From positions 1 to 56,103 of the IMG/VR virus record IMGVR_UViG_3300033076_000684: a DNA stretch of 56,103 bases; one strand, given 5' to 3'. The notes beneath the pieces are model-generated. The model did not search any database, was not told the origin of the DNA, and worked only from the letters and a program-made list of their open reading frames with translations. The position numbers and the translations under genes are program-made. Source of the DNA: a virus. Taxonomy: Duplodnaviria > Caudoviricetes. Of this stretch, positions 19,801 to 28,374 are shown one piece after another; position 1 is the first letter of the stretch, and each line of letters starts with the position of its first letter.

Positions 19801-20860
19801 CACCACCAAGCTGCTTAATTACTGGACCAGCTTTTGGAATTGCTTCTGTTAAGTCCTGAATGCTAAGAACTGTTTGGTTTTCTACTGCGTTTAGGAAGTT
19901 AGTCTTATCTGCAAGCTCTTTAGTTGAATACCCAAAGGCATTTGTCAGGGATATAGTTGTATTTAGTGCATCTTGGGTATCTGTTTGACCAAGAACTGCA
20001 AGCTTTGTTGACTGCTCAACCTGTGCAATAAGTTGTGAACCTGTGCTACCCATTGCAGCAGCATCAGCAGCTAGGCCCAATGTCTTATCAAGACTTACAC
20101 CATATTTTGTTAGCTCAAGACCAACCTTTTTAATTTGGTCAAGCATTGCGTTGGTTTGTTCTGCTGGAGTAAATGCATCTCCATAAACTCTCTTAAACTT
20201 AATTGATGCTTCTTCAATTTTCTTGAATTCTTGTGCAGCAGCAGATCCAAAAATAGAAAGTGGGACTGTAAAACCAACCATAAGCTGACGACCAGCCCAC
20301 TGTGTATTCTTACCAAAGTTTAGTAGGTTAGTAGAACCCTGCTTAAGTACTTGATTAAAAATTTGTGTACGTTGTGCTGTAATTTGTGCCTTTGTACCAA
20401 GGTCTTCCATATCAAGTGCTAGTGGTCTAATAGCAATTGATTTAAGTGCACCAGATGCATCTCTACCAAGAGAAATATATTGTGTTTGAAGGTCTTTTAC
20501 TCTTTCACGAGCAACCTTATTTACCGTGTCAAATTCGGTTTGGAACATACGAGAAAAGCTCTTGCTAGAAGCCATTCCATAACGGAAATATTCTCCTAGC
20601 GAGAACTTATTCTTTTCAAGAGATCTCGTAAAAGTATCAGTTGTAGAACTGATTGTTTTTAGACTTGCTGAGAATTTACCAGTTGCATTGATATCGTCAA
20701 TAAGTGACTTTTGAAGATTCTTTGCTGCAAGAGCATTGGCAGCCGATGAGGTTGCCATCTCTTTCTGGAAGGTTGATATCTGTCTTTGGAGAGCCTTAAT
20801 AGCTGCCAGAGCTTCGGCAGTATCTATATTAACTCGGATATTTGATTGGATATCAGCCAT
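13814..20860 (-). CDS. Tape measure protein
   Basis: 2348 aa, Ala-rich helical; TMP core (GGINASEGANALKSGLASL), hydrophobic segments, two GGxV.G.G..D.(I/V)PA.L..GE.V motifs. Confidence 0.95.
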   Translation of the reverse strand: MADIQSNIRVNIDTAEALAAIKALQRQISTFQKEMATSSAANALAAKNLQKSLIDDINATGKFSASLKTISSTTDTFTRSLEKNKFSLGEYFRYGMASSKSFSRMFQTEFDTVNKVARERVKDLQTQYISLGRDASGALKSIAIRPLALDMEDLGTKAQITAQRTQIFNQVLKQGSTNLLNFGKNTQWAGRQLMVGFTVPLSIFGSAAAQEFKKIEEASIKFKRVYGDAFTPAEQTNAMLDQIKKVGLELTKYGVSLDKTLGLAADAAAMGSTGSQLIAQVEQSTKLAVLGQTDTQDALNTTISLTNAFGYSTKELADKTNFLNAVENQTVLSIQDLTEAIPKAGPVIKQLGGDVEDLSFFMTAMKEGGINASEGANALKSGLASLINPSEKARTMLLGMGIDMNKIVADNEGNVSGVVVEFAKALDKLDPTARAQAIEQLFGKFQFARLSALFKNVVAEGTQAQRVLELSNMTASDLAALSAKELSTVEDSPLYKFQAALEKFQAAMAPVGEQFMKMVTPFIDFGTKILNMFNNMTDGAKGFITTIVGLAGVVAPVFIMAFGLIANAIANGMKGFLFLKNAMQGTLKETTDLGEQTQYMTTEQLQAAAVASSLDQVHGKLTQTFTSEAAAIDRLRDAMDRAAASQARFGGASVAGGAPKRKGFADGGVVVSGPGGPKGDKIPANLSDGEVVLTADTVKQNPNIVAALLAGGKVKIPGFKTGGGPGSPKGSISYGSTAMDINASQTTVDRIQKILDGIANGLIKVDQKDEVVTKLFDSLATLSEEGTVAVKKFLKAFAVAAEDVSGQNVAKQVQKFYNEELGVKGKPLAHAATGVGTIQQQADKAGRADELQRAKSRLAAEEQLGLPGGQYQVDRAHRVKVSGSAKAFPEAWDLKGANLQTHSENAISEALASGERRVVKFYDKYVAELEDMRQKGSISEDQYTSMMGKINDGLALSEVELAKQAEILKKITSVDEEYWKSNQAVANNAKRAIAGATVPGALSSDPSVGVATPQEKTAFIAGVDSAKDSVRAAGERTVQNFADGINAESESASPSKKTRKAAKNLVDGVVEAVVEGKDDVKKATQTSMAEASRQNLYGGAQPTSIDKSKRRNAERKSIVGAAIEKKQARNTAAFTAQIQKTTESFSTFNNRLMGISSVLGSVTMIAGMFGNDLGGLGSVITGVSSAMFALSMMSNLLVSKERLELGIKAASIIAQGNFASGLAKIAATSRMFIMGLLGMNAATKVATGAQAAEAVAAGAGAVSIWSMVWPIALVVAGLAALALGIKWLVDFFKGEADKVSGLGDTAAMAAEKVAALGEALGVTTTTVNLADRVGVASGVTADQQSMQQKVEGATYGSDAKSFKDYFAENITAIGAATKGDAQSSLQSLALQLGNSGFGPETVDGIIRAIAAAAGRKDLNLTFASVNLGLDTPEGKAQLDSQVAQAAVSLNNIASKHSADLSGLVTGGAANASSATNTLTTDEQKSVQVAGGQIGTSLQALTNSFESGTIDATTLIEKIGEVGTSFASLTDEAKLIALPQIAKAMGMTDAIAGINDINDQFLILKATAAGVSISPEQLNVLKKGKAAGKDYTNTLTKITNAINTAAVATENQRKEQDALNVSLAIQEQANNVQANIDTYNSLLALEGVNLTTAEAIKYATNATIQDAMAKVEAAKGTDKYAQALADLKGALNSLVTADRQWDKISSAGSGQKSPYQQAVEGLKAQRTEILNSVKAYKLLKSAHLSAAVSWQYANDATIAAGLANAKTAKQVKILTDLIKKLEAEKIKNAWGNWSKENAAQKEALNNQLKMASALSATGASAEEMDALLSDEALANGFKAGTVSAEQLQSAIDKIRANKEIEVKIKMQTAEGMQQIFDDAYSMVQEAFDAKEAQITLDYKLGKNLSGNNVDLINMDALDATIGEAEDKIAKLQYQIDDYDAGIQEIAWQEEEVNKKYDNRSKALDKIQKANDAITRQNKAQLTIADALSQGDIAAAARAIEDKRAQDAEAAMTSQRDAMDAAKEQELASLTDSQGRTRVQIEALSLDLKKQIFAIEEQTLEPATEAKRQAELKLQAAIDSITVLGKNKTAWEEVQSAVDIARVNSDKYKTAIEKALGMVNDLVTKWGGLDGKVVTTTHVIKTVEEKSGATGSAGSTGTTGGSGNTGLSAAAKQAAVAKLTGGQALTADEKAYLNIADKPAATQTKSIVPGSVFATMSGYGSVAKAMGFNSGGHVPGTGNSDTVPAMLTPGEFVVNKSAVGKYGVGMMRAMNSGNFMPSMSGPSISVPSGNNFAPTVVNGSNSATSGSSAVYNYSVNVNVGSSNAGANDIANAVIGKIRSIDSQRIRGVKI

Positions 20861-20875
20861 TGATTAGCACCTCAT

Positions 20876-21193
20876 TTAGTTTTTGAGTGCTGCAAGTCCC
20901 TCTCCAAGGTTCGTTCCTGAAGCCTCTTCGATAATCTTGTACACTGTTGGTAGGTCTAGGTTTTCTTCTAGAGCCTTGATGTCTTCAGCGATCTCTGGCT
21001 TGTACTGCTGCATAGCAATCTGTACACACTCCATCAAAAGATCCATTGACTTGTCATTGCTTTCTGCAACCTTTGCTAGGCCCTCAAACTTCTTGAGAAA
21101 GGGACGTAGTAGAGAGACCTTTAGTGGCCTGATTGCAATCTCTGTTCCATCAATAAGGGTAACTTTCTTTTCTTCATTTATTGTGATTGACAC
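20876..21193 (-). CDS. Tail assembly chaperone (gpG-like, short)
   Basis: Between tail tube and TMP; paralogous to the N-terminus of 21250..21945. Confidence 0.7.
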   Translation of the reverse strand: MSITINEEKKVTLIDGTEIAIRPLKVSLLRPFLKKFEGLAKVAESNDKSMDLLMECVQIAMQQYKPEIAEDIKALEENLDLPTVYKIIEEASGTNLGEGLAALKN

Positions 21194-21249
21194 TGTTCCT
21201 CCTTATGAACATATACTGTGTGGTTATATTATTATATCATAAACAAGCA

Positions 21250-21945
21250 TTAATTTTGGCGTAAATCTTCATAGTCTAGACCCATACCAATACCAAAGCC
21301 TGCCTTTGTAGCATTGTTTCCTTGATAGGCCAAAATGTCATTTGCATCAGATGTTTTACCACCACTAAATACTCTGGCCTTCATAGCTTCCCAAGGATCT
21401 TCATCTTTTTTACCAGTCTTCTCATCAAGGTCTACACCTTGCAAAGCTGCTAAAAACTTCTTATCTTCATAATCTTTATCTCTTTTTGCCTCAAGGATTG
21501 CAGTTAATTCTTGCAATGATAATGAGCTTTCTAGCTCTTCAAAATCTTTCCATATTCCAAGAGCAAAGACTTCTGCTTCCAGTGACACCAAATCAAATGA
21601 TTCCCAAGATACGCCTTCTTTATCCTCTCTAGCCTGTTTAGCTAAATTATCATCTTCTGGATCAACATCAATTCCAGCAGCAACATTAAGTATTTGTCTC
21701 ATAGTAGCCAAATCAAACATGTCTTCTACCTCAACTACTGTGGTTACCTGTGGATAGAATTGCTGCATAGCTACCCTGACACAATCTGACATAAAGGTAA
21801 GAGCAATGCTATCGTTCTCTGCATCTTTCATCATATTAAATGATTCCATAAAGTCCCTCAAATATTTAATCTTGAGTGGAGATATAGTTATAGATATGCC
21901 ATCTATTGTGTCTACAGTTGCTGTTTTATATACCCTGGTTGCCAT
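21250..21945 (-). CDS. Tail assembly chaperone (gpGT-like, long)
   Basis: N-half similar to 20876..21193, plus a C-terminal WKDFEELESSLSLQEL domain; leaderless start 6 nt after TGCTATAAT. Confidence 0.7.
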   Translation of the reverse strand: MATRVYKTATVDTIDGISITISPLKIKYLRDFMESFNMMKDAENDSIALTFMSDCVRVAMQQFYPQVTTVVEVEDMFDLATMRQILNVAAGIDVDPEDDNLAKQAREDKEGVSWESFDLVSLEAEVFALGIWKDFEELESSLSLQELTAILEAKRDKDYEDKKFLAALQGVDLDEKTGKKDEDPWEAMKARVFSGGKTSDANDILAYQGNNATKAGFGIGMGLDYEDLRQN

Positions 21946-21960
21946 CATTTAATTATAGCA

Positions 21961-21996
21961 AAAGAAAATGCCCCACAGGTAAAAACCCATGAGGCA
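21961..21996 (-). terminator. Intrinsic terminator after the tail tube gene
   Basis: TGCCTCATGGGT-TTTT-ACCTGTGGGGCA followed by TTTTCTTT. Confidence 0.75.
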
Positions 21997-22015
21997 AATT
22001 CACTATATTCAATTA

Positions 22016-22624
22016 TTAGTATGTACGATCAACGATCTTGCCGTAAGATGCTGAGTCGTTTGGAAGCAGACGGAAAGATACTTCGAATTGAGTAGCTTCG
22101 TCACGCTTTGCTGCTACTGTAACATTCTCAATTGAGAGTGCACGGTAAGCAACATAGATTCTTTCCTCTTCTGCTGCACAGTCACCTGTACCAGGACCTA
22201 CTGCAACCAATCCACGCTCAACTGGGCATTCGCCAAGCTCACCTGCGGATAGATTAAGGGTCTGTAGACCAACACCTGAAGTAAGGTTTGTATCCTTGCT
22301 AGCAAGAGCAAAGAGCAAGTTCTCAAGTGTAGCCTCAGCAAAAGTGGTATTTAGGTTAACCTGCATGCCTTGCTTGTAAAGCTTAGCTACGTCAAGAACC
22401 TGGTCAACCTGTACTTCACCGAAGTCAGGCTGGAACTGTAGCTCAAGACCATTGCTGGTGTAACCAACGTTGCGGAAATCTGAGTCAGAAGTTAGATCTT
22501 CTTTAGCAGATGTATTCGCTGTCCATGTAGGCAAATCTGCATCTGTTAGTGTGCCAAGTTCGTATGTGAACAGAGCAGCAGCACCAACGATGATATTTGC
22601 ACTAGTACCACGTGTATATGCCAT
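22016..22624 (-). CDS. Major tail (tube) protein
   Basis: NIIVGAA, VGYTSNGLEL, TTFAEATLENL motifs; highly expressed codon usage; GAGGTG SD; position. Confidence 0.85.
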   Translation of the reverse strand: MAYTRGTSANIIVGAAALFTYELGTLTDADLPTWTANTSAKEDLTSDSDFRNVGYTSNGLELQFQPDFGEVQVDQVLDVAKLYKQGMQVNLNTTFAEATLENLLFALASKDTNLTSGVGLQTLNLSAGELGECPVERGLVAVGPGTGDCAAEEERIYVAYRALSIENVTVAAKRDEATQFEVSFRLLPNDSASYGKIVDRTY

Positions 22625-22699
22625 ATTTTTCACCTCTTATTTTATGGATAAGTGGGCGTTTGTTTCCTCGTTATAAGTATACCGCCCTTTTGTATATAA

Positions 22700-23236
22700 T
22701 TAAGATTTATGCCAGTCGTAATCAATAATTATTTTATTTCCTGCATAGGTTCTGGCAGTTCCAAAGTCTATGAGATCTCTGGTTTCTTCTAGCTGATAGA
22801 TTCTAATTTTGTGGAAAAATGGTGCTGGAAGCGTATTTCCTGCATCGTCTGTTATTGGAGAATTAGATGCCTGCTTTGCACGAATCCATGCATTAAGTTC
22901 CTGTGCTGACTCATCTTCCCTATCTAGCAGGTCTTGCACTACTTGGGTTGTTTCTATGAGATCTACAGGATCACCTGCCATTTTATAAAAATAATATAAA
23001 AGCTGTTCTTGCTTAATGTGTGGAAATGGACTACGTCTCATTTTTAGCATTCTGTCAAATACAGCAAAAACATTTGATGAGGCATCTGGAAATGTTTCAG
23101 TTAGTGCTTCTATGTCTGTTGGGCTGGCTGGAAAAAATTTCATTAACCCATTACTGAACCTACCTGAGCCAAGCTCTGCAGGAACTTTCTCTGCCAAATA
23201 AGCATTAATAAATGCTGGTGGATAATAAATTGCCAT
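22700..23236 (-). CDS. Putative tail terminator protein
   Basis: Immediately upstream of the tail tube gene; TAATG coupling. Confidence 0.55.
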   Translation of the reverse strand: MAIYYPPAFINAYLAEKVPAELGSGRFSNGLMKFFPASPTDIEALTETFPDASSNVFAVFDRMLKMRRSPFPHIKQEQLLYYFYKMAGDPVDLIETTQVVQDLLDREDESAQELNAWIRAKQASNSPITDDAGNTLPAPFFHKIRIYQLEETRDLIDFGTARTYAGNKIIIDYDWHKS

Positions 23237-23916
23237 TAGTTCTTTACTCCTGCTTCTGCCATCCATCTATACCCTGCTGATACACCAGATGCACGGCCTC
23301 CACCCTTTATACCACGCTGTAAGTATTTGTGGTAAAGAGTTGGTGATTTAAAATATCTGTTTATTCCGCTAGTCTCTAAAAATGACTGTGTAAAATAACT
23401 ATTAAAAAATGTGTCCATTGTCTGCTCAAAGCCACCCTGAACTTCTTGACCCCCAGGGTTGTTGATTGTGATTGGCTTCTTTGTAAACACCATCTCACCA
23501 TTTGATTCAAAAACTAAGACATTCTTTTTTGGTCTTATGGTAACAGGAATACCTTTTTCCATAATTGATGCCTTATTGTAAAATGGCTCTTTTGAGCCAC
23601 TGGAGGCTATTTTAGACTGTGTTAGGGTAGAGTTGATAGATAATCCGCCACCACTTATAGAATATGTTAAATCAAATAATCTAGCAGATGGACTTCCAGT
23701 CTGATTCCATTCGTATACGTGGTGTAGCATTTGGTGGTCTACCCTTGCCATAGAGTCTACAAATTCTTTAAGGGAGTCTACAGTGAGTCTACCAAGATTA
23801 TTAAGAAATGCTGTCTTTCCCTGTTCTACTCCACTCAAAAACCCTGTAGAATATTGAATCAAGTTTTCCATTTCTTTCTTAAATTGTAGATCATTCCATT
23901 TTACAGCGATAACCAT
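23236..23916 (-). CDS. Putative neck / tail-completion protein
   Basis: Position in the neck cluster; MEKGIPVTIRPKK...VFTKKPITINNPG resembles HK97 gp10-like proteins. Confidence 0.55.
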   Translation of the reverse strand: MVIAVKWNDLQFKKEMENLIQYSTGFLSGVEQGKTAFLNNLGRLTVDSLKEFVDSMARVDHQMLHHVYEWNQTGSPSARLFDLTYSISGGGLSINSTLTQSKIASSGSKEPFYNKASIMEKGIPVTIRPKKNVLVFESNGEMVFTKKPITINNPGGQEVQGGFEQTMDTFFNSYFTQSFLETSGINRYFKSPTLYHKYLQRGIKGGGRASGVSAGYRWMAEAGVKN

Positions 23917-24365
23917 TAAACGTCTACCCCCTGGTTTTCTGATCTACGAATCACAACCTTATAATATTCAACTCTACCAAATGGACCAACGATTGGCTCC
24001 TGTGATGCAATTTCAAATATTGTAGCCTTACCATCACGAACACCTGACGTTTCCATATAAATCTTATTGCCAGAGGTATCTTTTATATTGCTAATCACAA
24101 TATTAGTTATAGACTGACCGTCTTCTTGGCTATTTACTCTAATGTCACTCTTAACACGTCCAACCAAAACTAGCTCTCTAGTAATATTGACATTTGGGAT
24201 AACGTCTTCTTTTGATGCACCTGCTGCAGATGCAAAATAGCAGGCAATAGTTTTATTATGAATCCATGTTTTCTTGACGTTTCCATATGCCCCCTGCTCA
24301 ACAGTTGGGTAGAATACCTCTGCAGTCATGGGAAAAATAAAGTCTGTTTTTTCACATGTAGCCAT
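23916..24365 (-). CDS. Putative head-closure protein
   Basis: 149 aa, beta-rich, follows the adaptor gene. Confidence 0.55.
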   Translation of the reverse strand: MATCEKTDFIFPMTAEVFYPTVEQGAYGNVKKTWIHNKTIACYFASAAGASKEDVIPNVNITRELVLVGRVKSDIRVNSQEDGQSITNIVISNIKDTSGNKIYMETSGVRDGKATIFEIASQEPIVGPFGRVEYYKVVIRRSENQGVDV

Positions 24366-25273
24366 TAGAGAACTCCGACTTTAGTAATAGACTTCTTGTA
24401 CTTTTCAAGTATCTTGTCTACTATTGCGTTACCTGTTCCCTCTAAAAGCTTTTTGTCAAATTGAATTCTGAACTGATCAGTGTTGTATGTAGTAACATAC
24501 TTCTGATAGTAATCTAACTTTCCACACTTAATGTCTTCAATCAACATCTTAGTTGCCACCTCAACATCTGGTGGAATTGCACGGAATCCCTCGTCAAGAA
24601 CAAAAAGGTAGTCATAGGTTGCTGGGAATGATCCTGAGTTTACGATTCCAAAGGCCAAGTCTCCTCGTGCTATTGGTCTTCTGATTACTGGAGATTCTAG
24701 TCTATTTGTTAGACCAGTCTCCACTCTCTCAATAGCTGAGTTGTCTAGTGTTACCTTATATGTAAATTCATTAGTTGATGGTGTATCAATATCAAAAACT
24801 AGCACATTGTTTTCATATACTTTTAGAACACGGTTTGCGTCTCTCCATACTGGCAAATAGTCTGCACCGTTTCCAGATACTTGGTAAATTGATTTGTGGT
24901 TATAGAATCCACCGTCTGTATAAGTATCAATAATTGATCTTGCAATAAGTTCATACATCTTGTACTCCGCAATTTCTGATGCGGTGGTACCAAGTTTTGA
25001 TGGATCAGTGTATGGTCTAATGATATCTAGGTTTGATTCAAAGATAACATGCTCATGCTCTGCATCATAAAATCTAATAAGGAATTGTCTATCGAACTGT
25101 ACCTTAGTAAGTGGCAGTGTATAAACTACCCTTCCGTTTGAATCTGATGTGATTATAGATTCTTCGATTGAGTGGTCCACCAAATCCTCAACATATACGA
25201 TATAAGCGTAATTAGGATCTGGAAGATCCCATGTTGTTGTTAGTGGATATGGTGGAACCCTCAATACTTCCAT
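24365..25273 (-). CDS. Head-tail adaptor protein
   Basis: IPPDVEVATKMLI...TGNAIVDKILEKYK C-terminus typical of gp6/gp15-type adaptors. Confidence 0.7.
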   Translation of the reverse strand: MEVLRVPPYPLTTTWDLPDPNYAYIVYVEDLVDHSIEESIITSDSNGRVVYTLPLTKVQFDRQFLIRFYDAEHEHVIFESNLDIIRPYTDPSKLGTTASEIAEYKMYELIARSIIDTYTDGGFYNHKSIYQVSGNGADYLPVWRDANRVLKVYENNVLVFDIDTPSTNEFTYKVTLDNSAIERVETGLTNRLESPVIRRPIARGDLAFGIVNSGSFPATYDYLFVLDEGFRAIPPDVEVATKMLIEDIKCGKLDYYQKYVTTYNTDQFRIQFDKKLLEGTGNAIVDKILEKYKKSITKVGVL

Positions 25274-25735
25274 TTAGAGACCGTATCCCTTAGCTACTTC
25301 TTTTGGGTCAGCTAGGCGTACTGACTCTCTTGTAAGCCACTTTTCAGCTGCATCTTTTGACACAACATTGTAACCCTTAGAAAGTCTTCCTACGCCATCC
25401 CAGTGGATGTTCTTTGGAGAGTATAGTGCAACAACATCGTCACGCTTCACTTCTGCCTTAGCTGCCTTTGGAGCTGCTGGCTTCTTTGGAGCTGCCTTTG
25501 CAGTGCCGATTACACCATCTTCTACAGAACCAAGAGCCTGTGCTTCTGAAGTTCCTGAACCCTTTGGTCCAGTAATTACATCTTCTGCTGGCTTTGGTGC
25601 TTCTTCAATCTTAGCTTCTGCCTTGACTTCTTCAGCAATTTCTGCTGCCTTTTCAGCAACTTCTGGTGCAACAATTGGCTCATCTGCAACAACTGATGCT
25701 GGGACTACATCTTCATTCTTAATATCTTCAGACAT
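25274..25735 (-). CDS. Hypothetical head-associated protein
   Basis: Ala/Glu/Lys-rich ORF after the capsid gene with strong AAGGAGG SD. Confidence 0.6.
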   Translation of the reverse strand: MSEDIKNEDVVPASVVADEPIVAPEVAEKAAEIAEEVKAEAKIEEAPKPAEDVITGPKGSGTSEAQALGSVEDGVIGTAKAAPKKPAAPKAAKAEVKRDDVVALYSPKNIHWDGVGRLSKGYNVVSKDAAEKWLTRESVRLADPKEVAKGYGL

Positions 25736-25779
25736 AATTCCTCCTTAACTGTCTAGTTATATTATAACATTATTATATG

Positions 25780-25816
25780 AGATAAGGGGCAGGAGCTTGG
25801 ATGCCCCTGCCCCCTA
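25780..25816 (-). terminator. Terminator-like hairpin after the major capsid gene
   Basis: GGGGCAGGGGC-ATCCAA-GCTCCTGCCCC followed by TTATCTC. Confidence 0.7.
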
Positions 25817-25834
25817 AAAGGTACTGTTTACAGA

Positions 25835-26971
25835 TTAGTTATCTGCAGCAGCGTCAGCGAACGCAATAGCGTCCTGCTCTTCCCACTGAATACCAAAGCG
25901 GACGAATACTGTGTACTCAATTGTGTCCTTCTTTGGCTTGTATTCACGGTTTACAGTGATGTCTCTCTGCATACCCCAAACACGGTTTGATGGGAATGTA
26001 AGGTCAACGTAGCCTTCTGGGTAGTAAGGAACTTCCTGAACATCTACGCCAAGAACACGAGTAGTGCGAGCACCACCGAATGTCTGACCATTTCCGTCTA
26101 GGTAAGCCTGACGGTTTGCAGGTGTACCTGCTGGTGTACCAGCGAATGCTTCAGCAATTGCGTCAGCAAGGGTACCATTGTGCTTGACGATTCCCTGGAA
26201 TGCGTCAGTACCAGCGTAGAACTTAAGGTTGTTCTTAAGTGCACGGTACTTACGTGGCATAGCAAGGATAATCTTCTGCATAACCTCTGGGGTCCATGCA
26301 TTGTCAGCTACTGTGACTACTGCTTCGTGAGCATCTCCACCAGTCTTGACCTTGTTCACGAAACCATTCATGATTCCGAGGAACGCACCATCGTCACTGT
26401 CGCCAGTTCCGTTGATAGCAAGATCTTCGATGTCGTTTGCAAAAGCATTTGTCATAAGACGTACTAGGTGGTCTTCAAGAGCACCACCCTCAATACCATC
26501 TTCTAGAGCTTCAGCTGAAACTTCCCAGTCAAGACGAATCTTCTTGGTAGTAAGTTCAACCTTAGAGAATGTTGCACCAGTGTTTGTGTAGTCACCGTTA
26601 GCCTGTGAAGCAGCACGAATAACACGCTCACCAACGTTAACCTTCTCAAGTTCCATGGTGTTAGCTCTCATTGTTACACGACGACCATCGTTAGCAAGAA
26701 CAGTTGCATCCCAAACATAGTCGATAAAACGACGTGCTTGTTCAGGACGTAGAATACCGCTACCAGCATCACCTGAAGGATTTACTGCGTTAGGGCCTGT
26801 GGTTGTACCAAAGTTAGCTGTTGGGATATTGCCTACAGCAGCACCGTTACGGTAGTTGCCTGGGACATTAGCTCCAGCATCTGAACCTGATGCAAACGCA
26901 CCTTCTCCATTAAATAGACCAGAATCAGCTCCTGCTGCATCTGGATTGTTTTTCTTAATTTCTTCCGACAT
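25835..26971 (-). CDS. Major capsid protein (HK97 fold)
   Basis: GILRPEQARRFID, VSAEALED, FANDIEDLAINGTG; AGGAGG SD; follows the protease. Confidence 0.93.
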   Translation of the reverse strand: MSEEIKKNNPDAAGADSGLFNGEGAFASGSDAGANVPGNYRNGAAVGNIPTANFGTTTGPNAVNPSGDAGSGILRPEQARRFIDYVWDATVLANDGRRVTMRANTMELEKVNVGERVIRAASQANGDYTNTGATFSKVELTTKKIRLDWEVSAEALEDGIEGGALEDHLVRLMTNAFANDIEDLAINGTGDSDDGAFLGIMNGFVNKVKTGGDAHEAVVTVADNAWTPEVMQKIILAMPRKYRALKNNLKFYAGTDAFQGIVKHNGTLADAIAEAFAGTPAGTPANRQAYLDGNGQTFGGARTTRVLGVDVQEVPYYPEGYVDLTFPSNRVWGMQRDITVNREYKPKKDTIEYTVFVRFGIQWEEQDAIAFADAAADN

Positions 26972-26994
26972 ATTGTCACCTCCTAAGTGATGTA

Positions 26995-27543
26995 TTACTT
27001 AAATAGATCGGCATTTTTGAGGAAACGTCCGCCCCATATTGATTTTTCAACCTGTATCTCAGGCTGTTCCTGCACGATATCACCGATATCGCCAGACTTG
27101 CGGAAAGCAGTGTCAGCTTCTACTGCGTCTACTCTCTTTCCAAACTCATTAAACACACTCTTAGATTCAGTTACCTCATTTTTTACTGAATCAAGTGATT
27201 TTGTCAATACTGAAATTTCTTCTTGCATTGACTTGATTGTTGATACAAGATCGCTAAAGGCTGATGTAACAGATTCTTTAATTTCGGCAACTGCCTTTGA
27301 AAGTTCTGCTGCATCATCTGATTTCTTAGCCTTGTCTTCCTCTTCCTCATCTGCTGGTGTTTCACCAGCATCTTCAGCAGGGGTCTCCTCATCTGCATGT
27401 GGCTTCATAGCCTTTTCTGCATTTTCGTCATCTGGAGTTGACTCTGGCTTTTCTGCCTCTGGAGCGACCTCTGATTTTTCCACAACTACTTCTGGAGCTT
27501 CAGTAGTTTCTACTGTAGCTTCTGTTGTTGTTTCTTCTGTCAT
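26995..27543 (-). CDS. Nested in-frame scaffold protein (internal start)
   Basis: AAGGAGGT SD 7 nt before the in-frame ATG 27543 (MTEETTTEAT...). Confidence 0.6.
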   Translation of the reverse strand: MTEETTTEATVETTEAPEVVVEKSEVAPEAEKPESTPDDENAEKAMKPHADEETPAEDAGETPADEEEEDKAKKSDDAAELSKAVAEIKESVTSAFSDLVSTIKSMQEEISVLTKSLDSVKNEVTESKSVFNEFGKRVDAVEADTAFRKSGDIGDIVQEQPEIQVEKSIWGGRFLKNADLFK

Positions 27544-28302
27544 AGGACTTACCTCCTTTGTCATCTTAGAAAGATTAATGCCTTTAGCACTATCAACTAA
27601 GAACTTTATCATGTCTACTTTTTCATTATCGTCTTTTTCGACAAAACCAATATTCTGCATTGGCTCTCCAGAAACTGGACTAGACAATGACTCTTCTTCA
27701 GAAAGCAGTACAATTCCAGCTTCCTTATCATAAAAAACATTTTCAATTACTGTGTCAGCAACGATGCCTGATACGCCATCTGTACCATCTGCCTTTTGTA
27801 CTGACAAGATGTTGGCAAATTGATTTGCTGGATTGTCAACAAGTGATAGCTCAACTAGATCGTAATCTTTAATAATTCTAATGGTAGAATCCATCTTCTC
27901 ATCGTAGGCATCATCCCACTTATTCATTCTACCGCCAATGGAAAAACCTGATAGTGTGCCATCAAGAACTTTTTCCCAAGTGTCCTGAGCACCCTTTGAA
28001 ACATATGCAGAAACATAGATTCCGTTATACATCTTCTTTGTTTCTGGATCAAAATACTTTTCTTCTCTAAATGAAACCATCTTGCCAACAGAAATTGGCT
28101 GGTGCATTTCACGAATATTTCCACGAAAACGCTTAAACGCATTAACGCTAGCTTCTGGAGTTACGATATCTGCTTGCTTATCTAGATTATCTAGAGTTGC
28201 AAATCCAGAAACAATACGCTTCTCTGCATCCACCTTAGAAAGTGGCATTGACAGACGGATATCATTTCCGTCCGTGGTCCATTGAGCCTTAGAAATAGTC
28301 AT
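26995..28302 (-). CDS. Prohead protease fused to scaffold domain
   Basis: RIVSGFAT, IREMH, GFSIGG, ELSLVDNPAN (HK97-type protease) plus an acidic coiled-coil C-terminus. Confidence 0.9.
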   Translation of the reverse strand: MTISKAQWTTDGNDIRLSMPLSKVDAEKRIVSGFATLDNLDKQADIVTPEASVNAFKRFRGNIREMHQPISVGKMVSFREEKYFDPETKKMYNGIYVSAYVSKGAQDTWEKVLDGTLSGFSIGGRMNKWDDAYDEKMDSTIRIIKDYDLVELSLVDNPANQFANILSVQKADGTDGVSGIVADTVIENVFYDKEAGIVLLSEEESLSSPVSGEPMQNIGFVEKDDNEKVDMIKFLVDSAKGINLSKMTKEVSPMTEETTTEATVETTEAPEVVVEKSEVAPEAEKPESTPDDENAEKAMKPHADEETPAEDAGETPADEEEEDKAKKSDDAAELSKAVAEIKESVTSAFSDLVSTIKSMQEEISVLTKSLDSVKNEVTESKSVFNEFGKRVDAVEADTAFRKSGDIGDIVQEQPEIQVEKSIWGGRFLKNADLFK

Positions 28303-28374
28303 CGTAGTATAATTATAGAGCCTTTTTTTGCAATATTACGTTTTTATAACATTTGTTATATTATAACATATTTT

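Noticed and set aside
14220-27733. Long plus-strand ORFs opposite the TMP, capsid and scaffold genes (e.g. 16938..17609, 19227..19859, 26987..27733)
   Set aside because: Antisense shadows caused by codon bias of the Ala-rich minus-strand genes.
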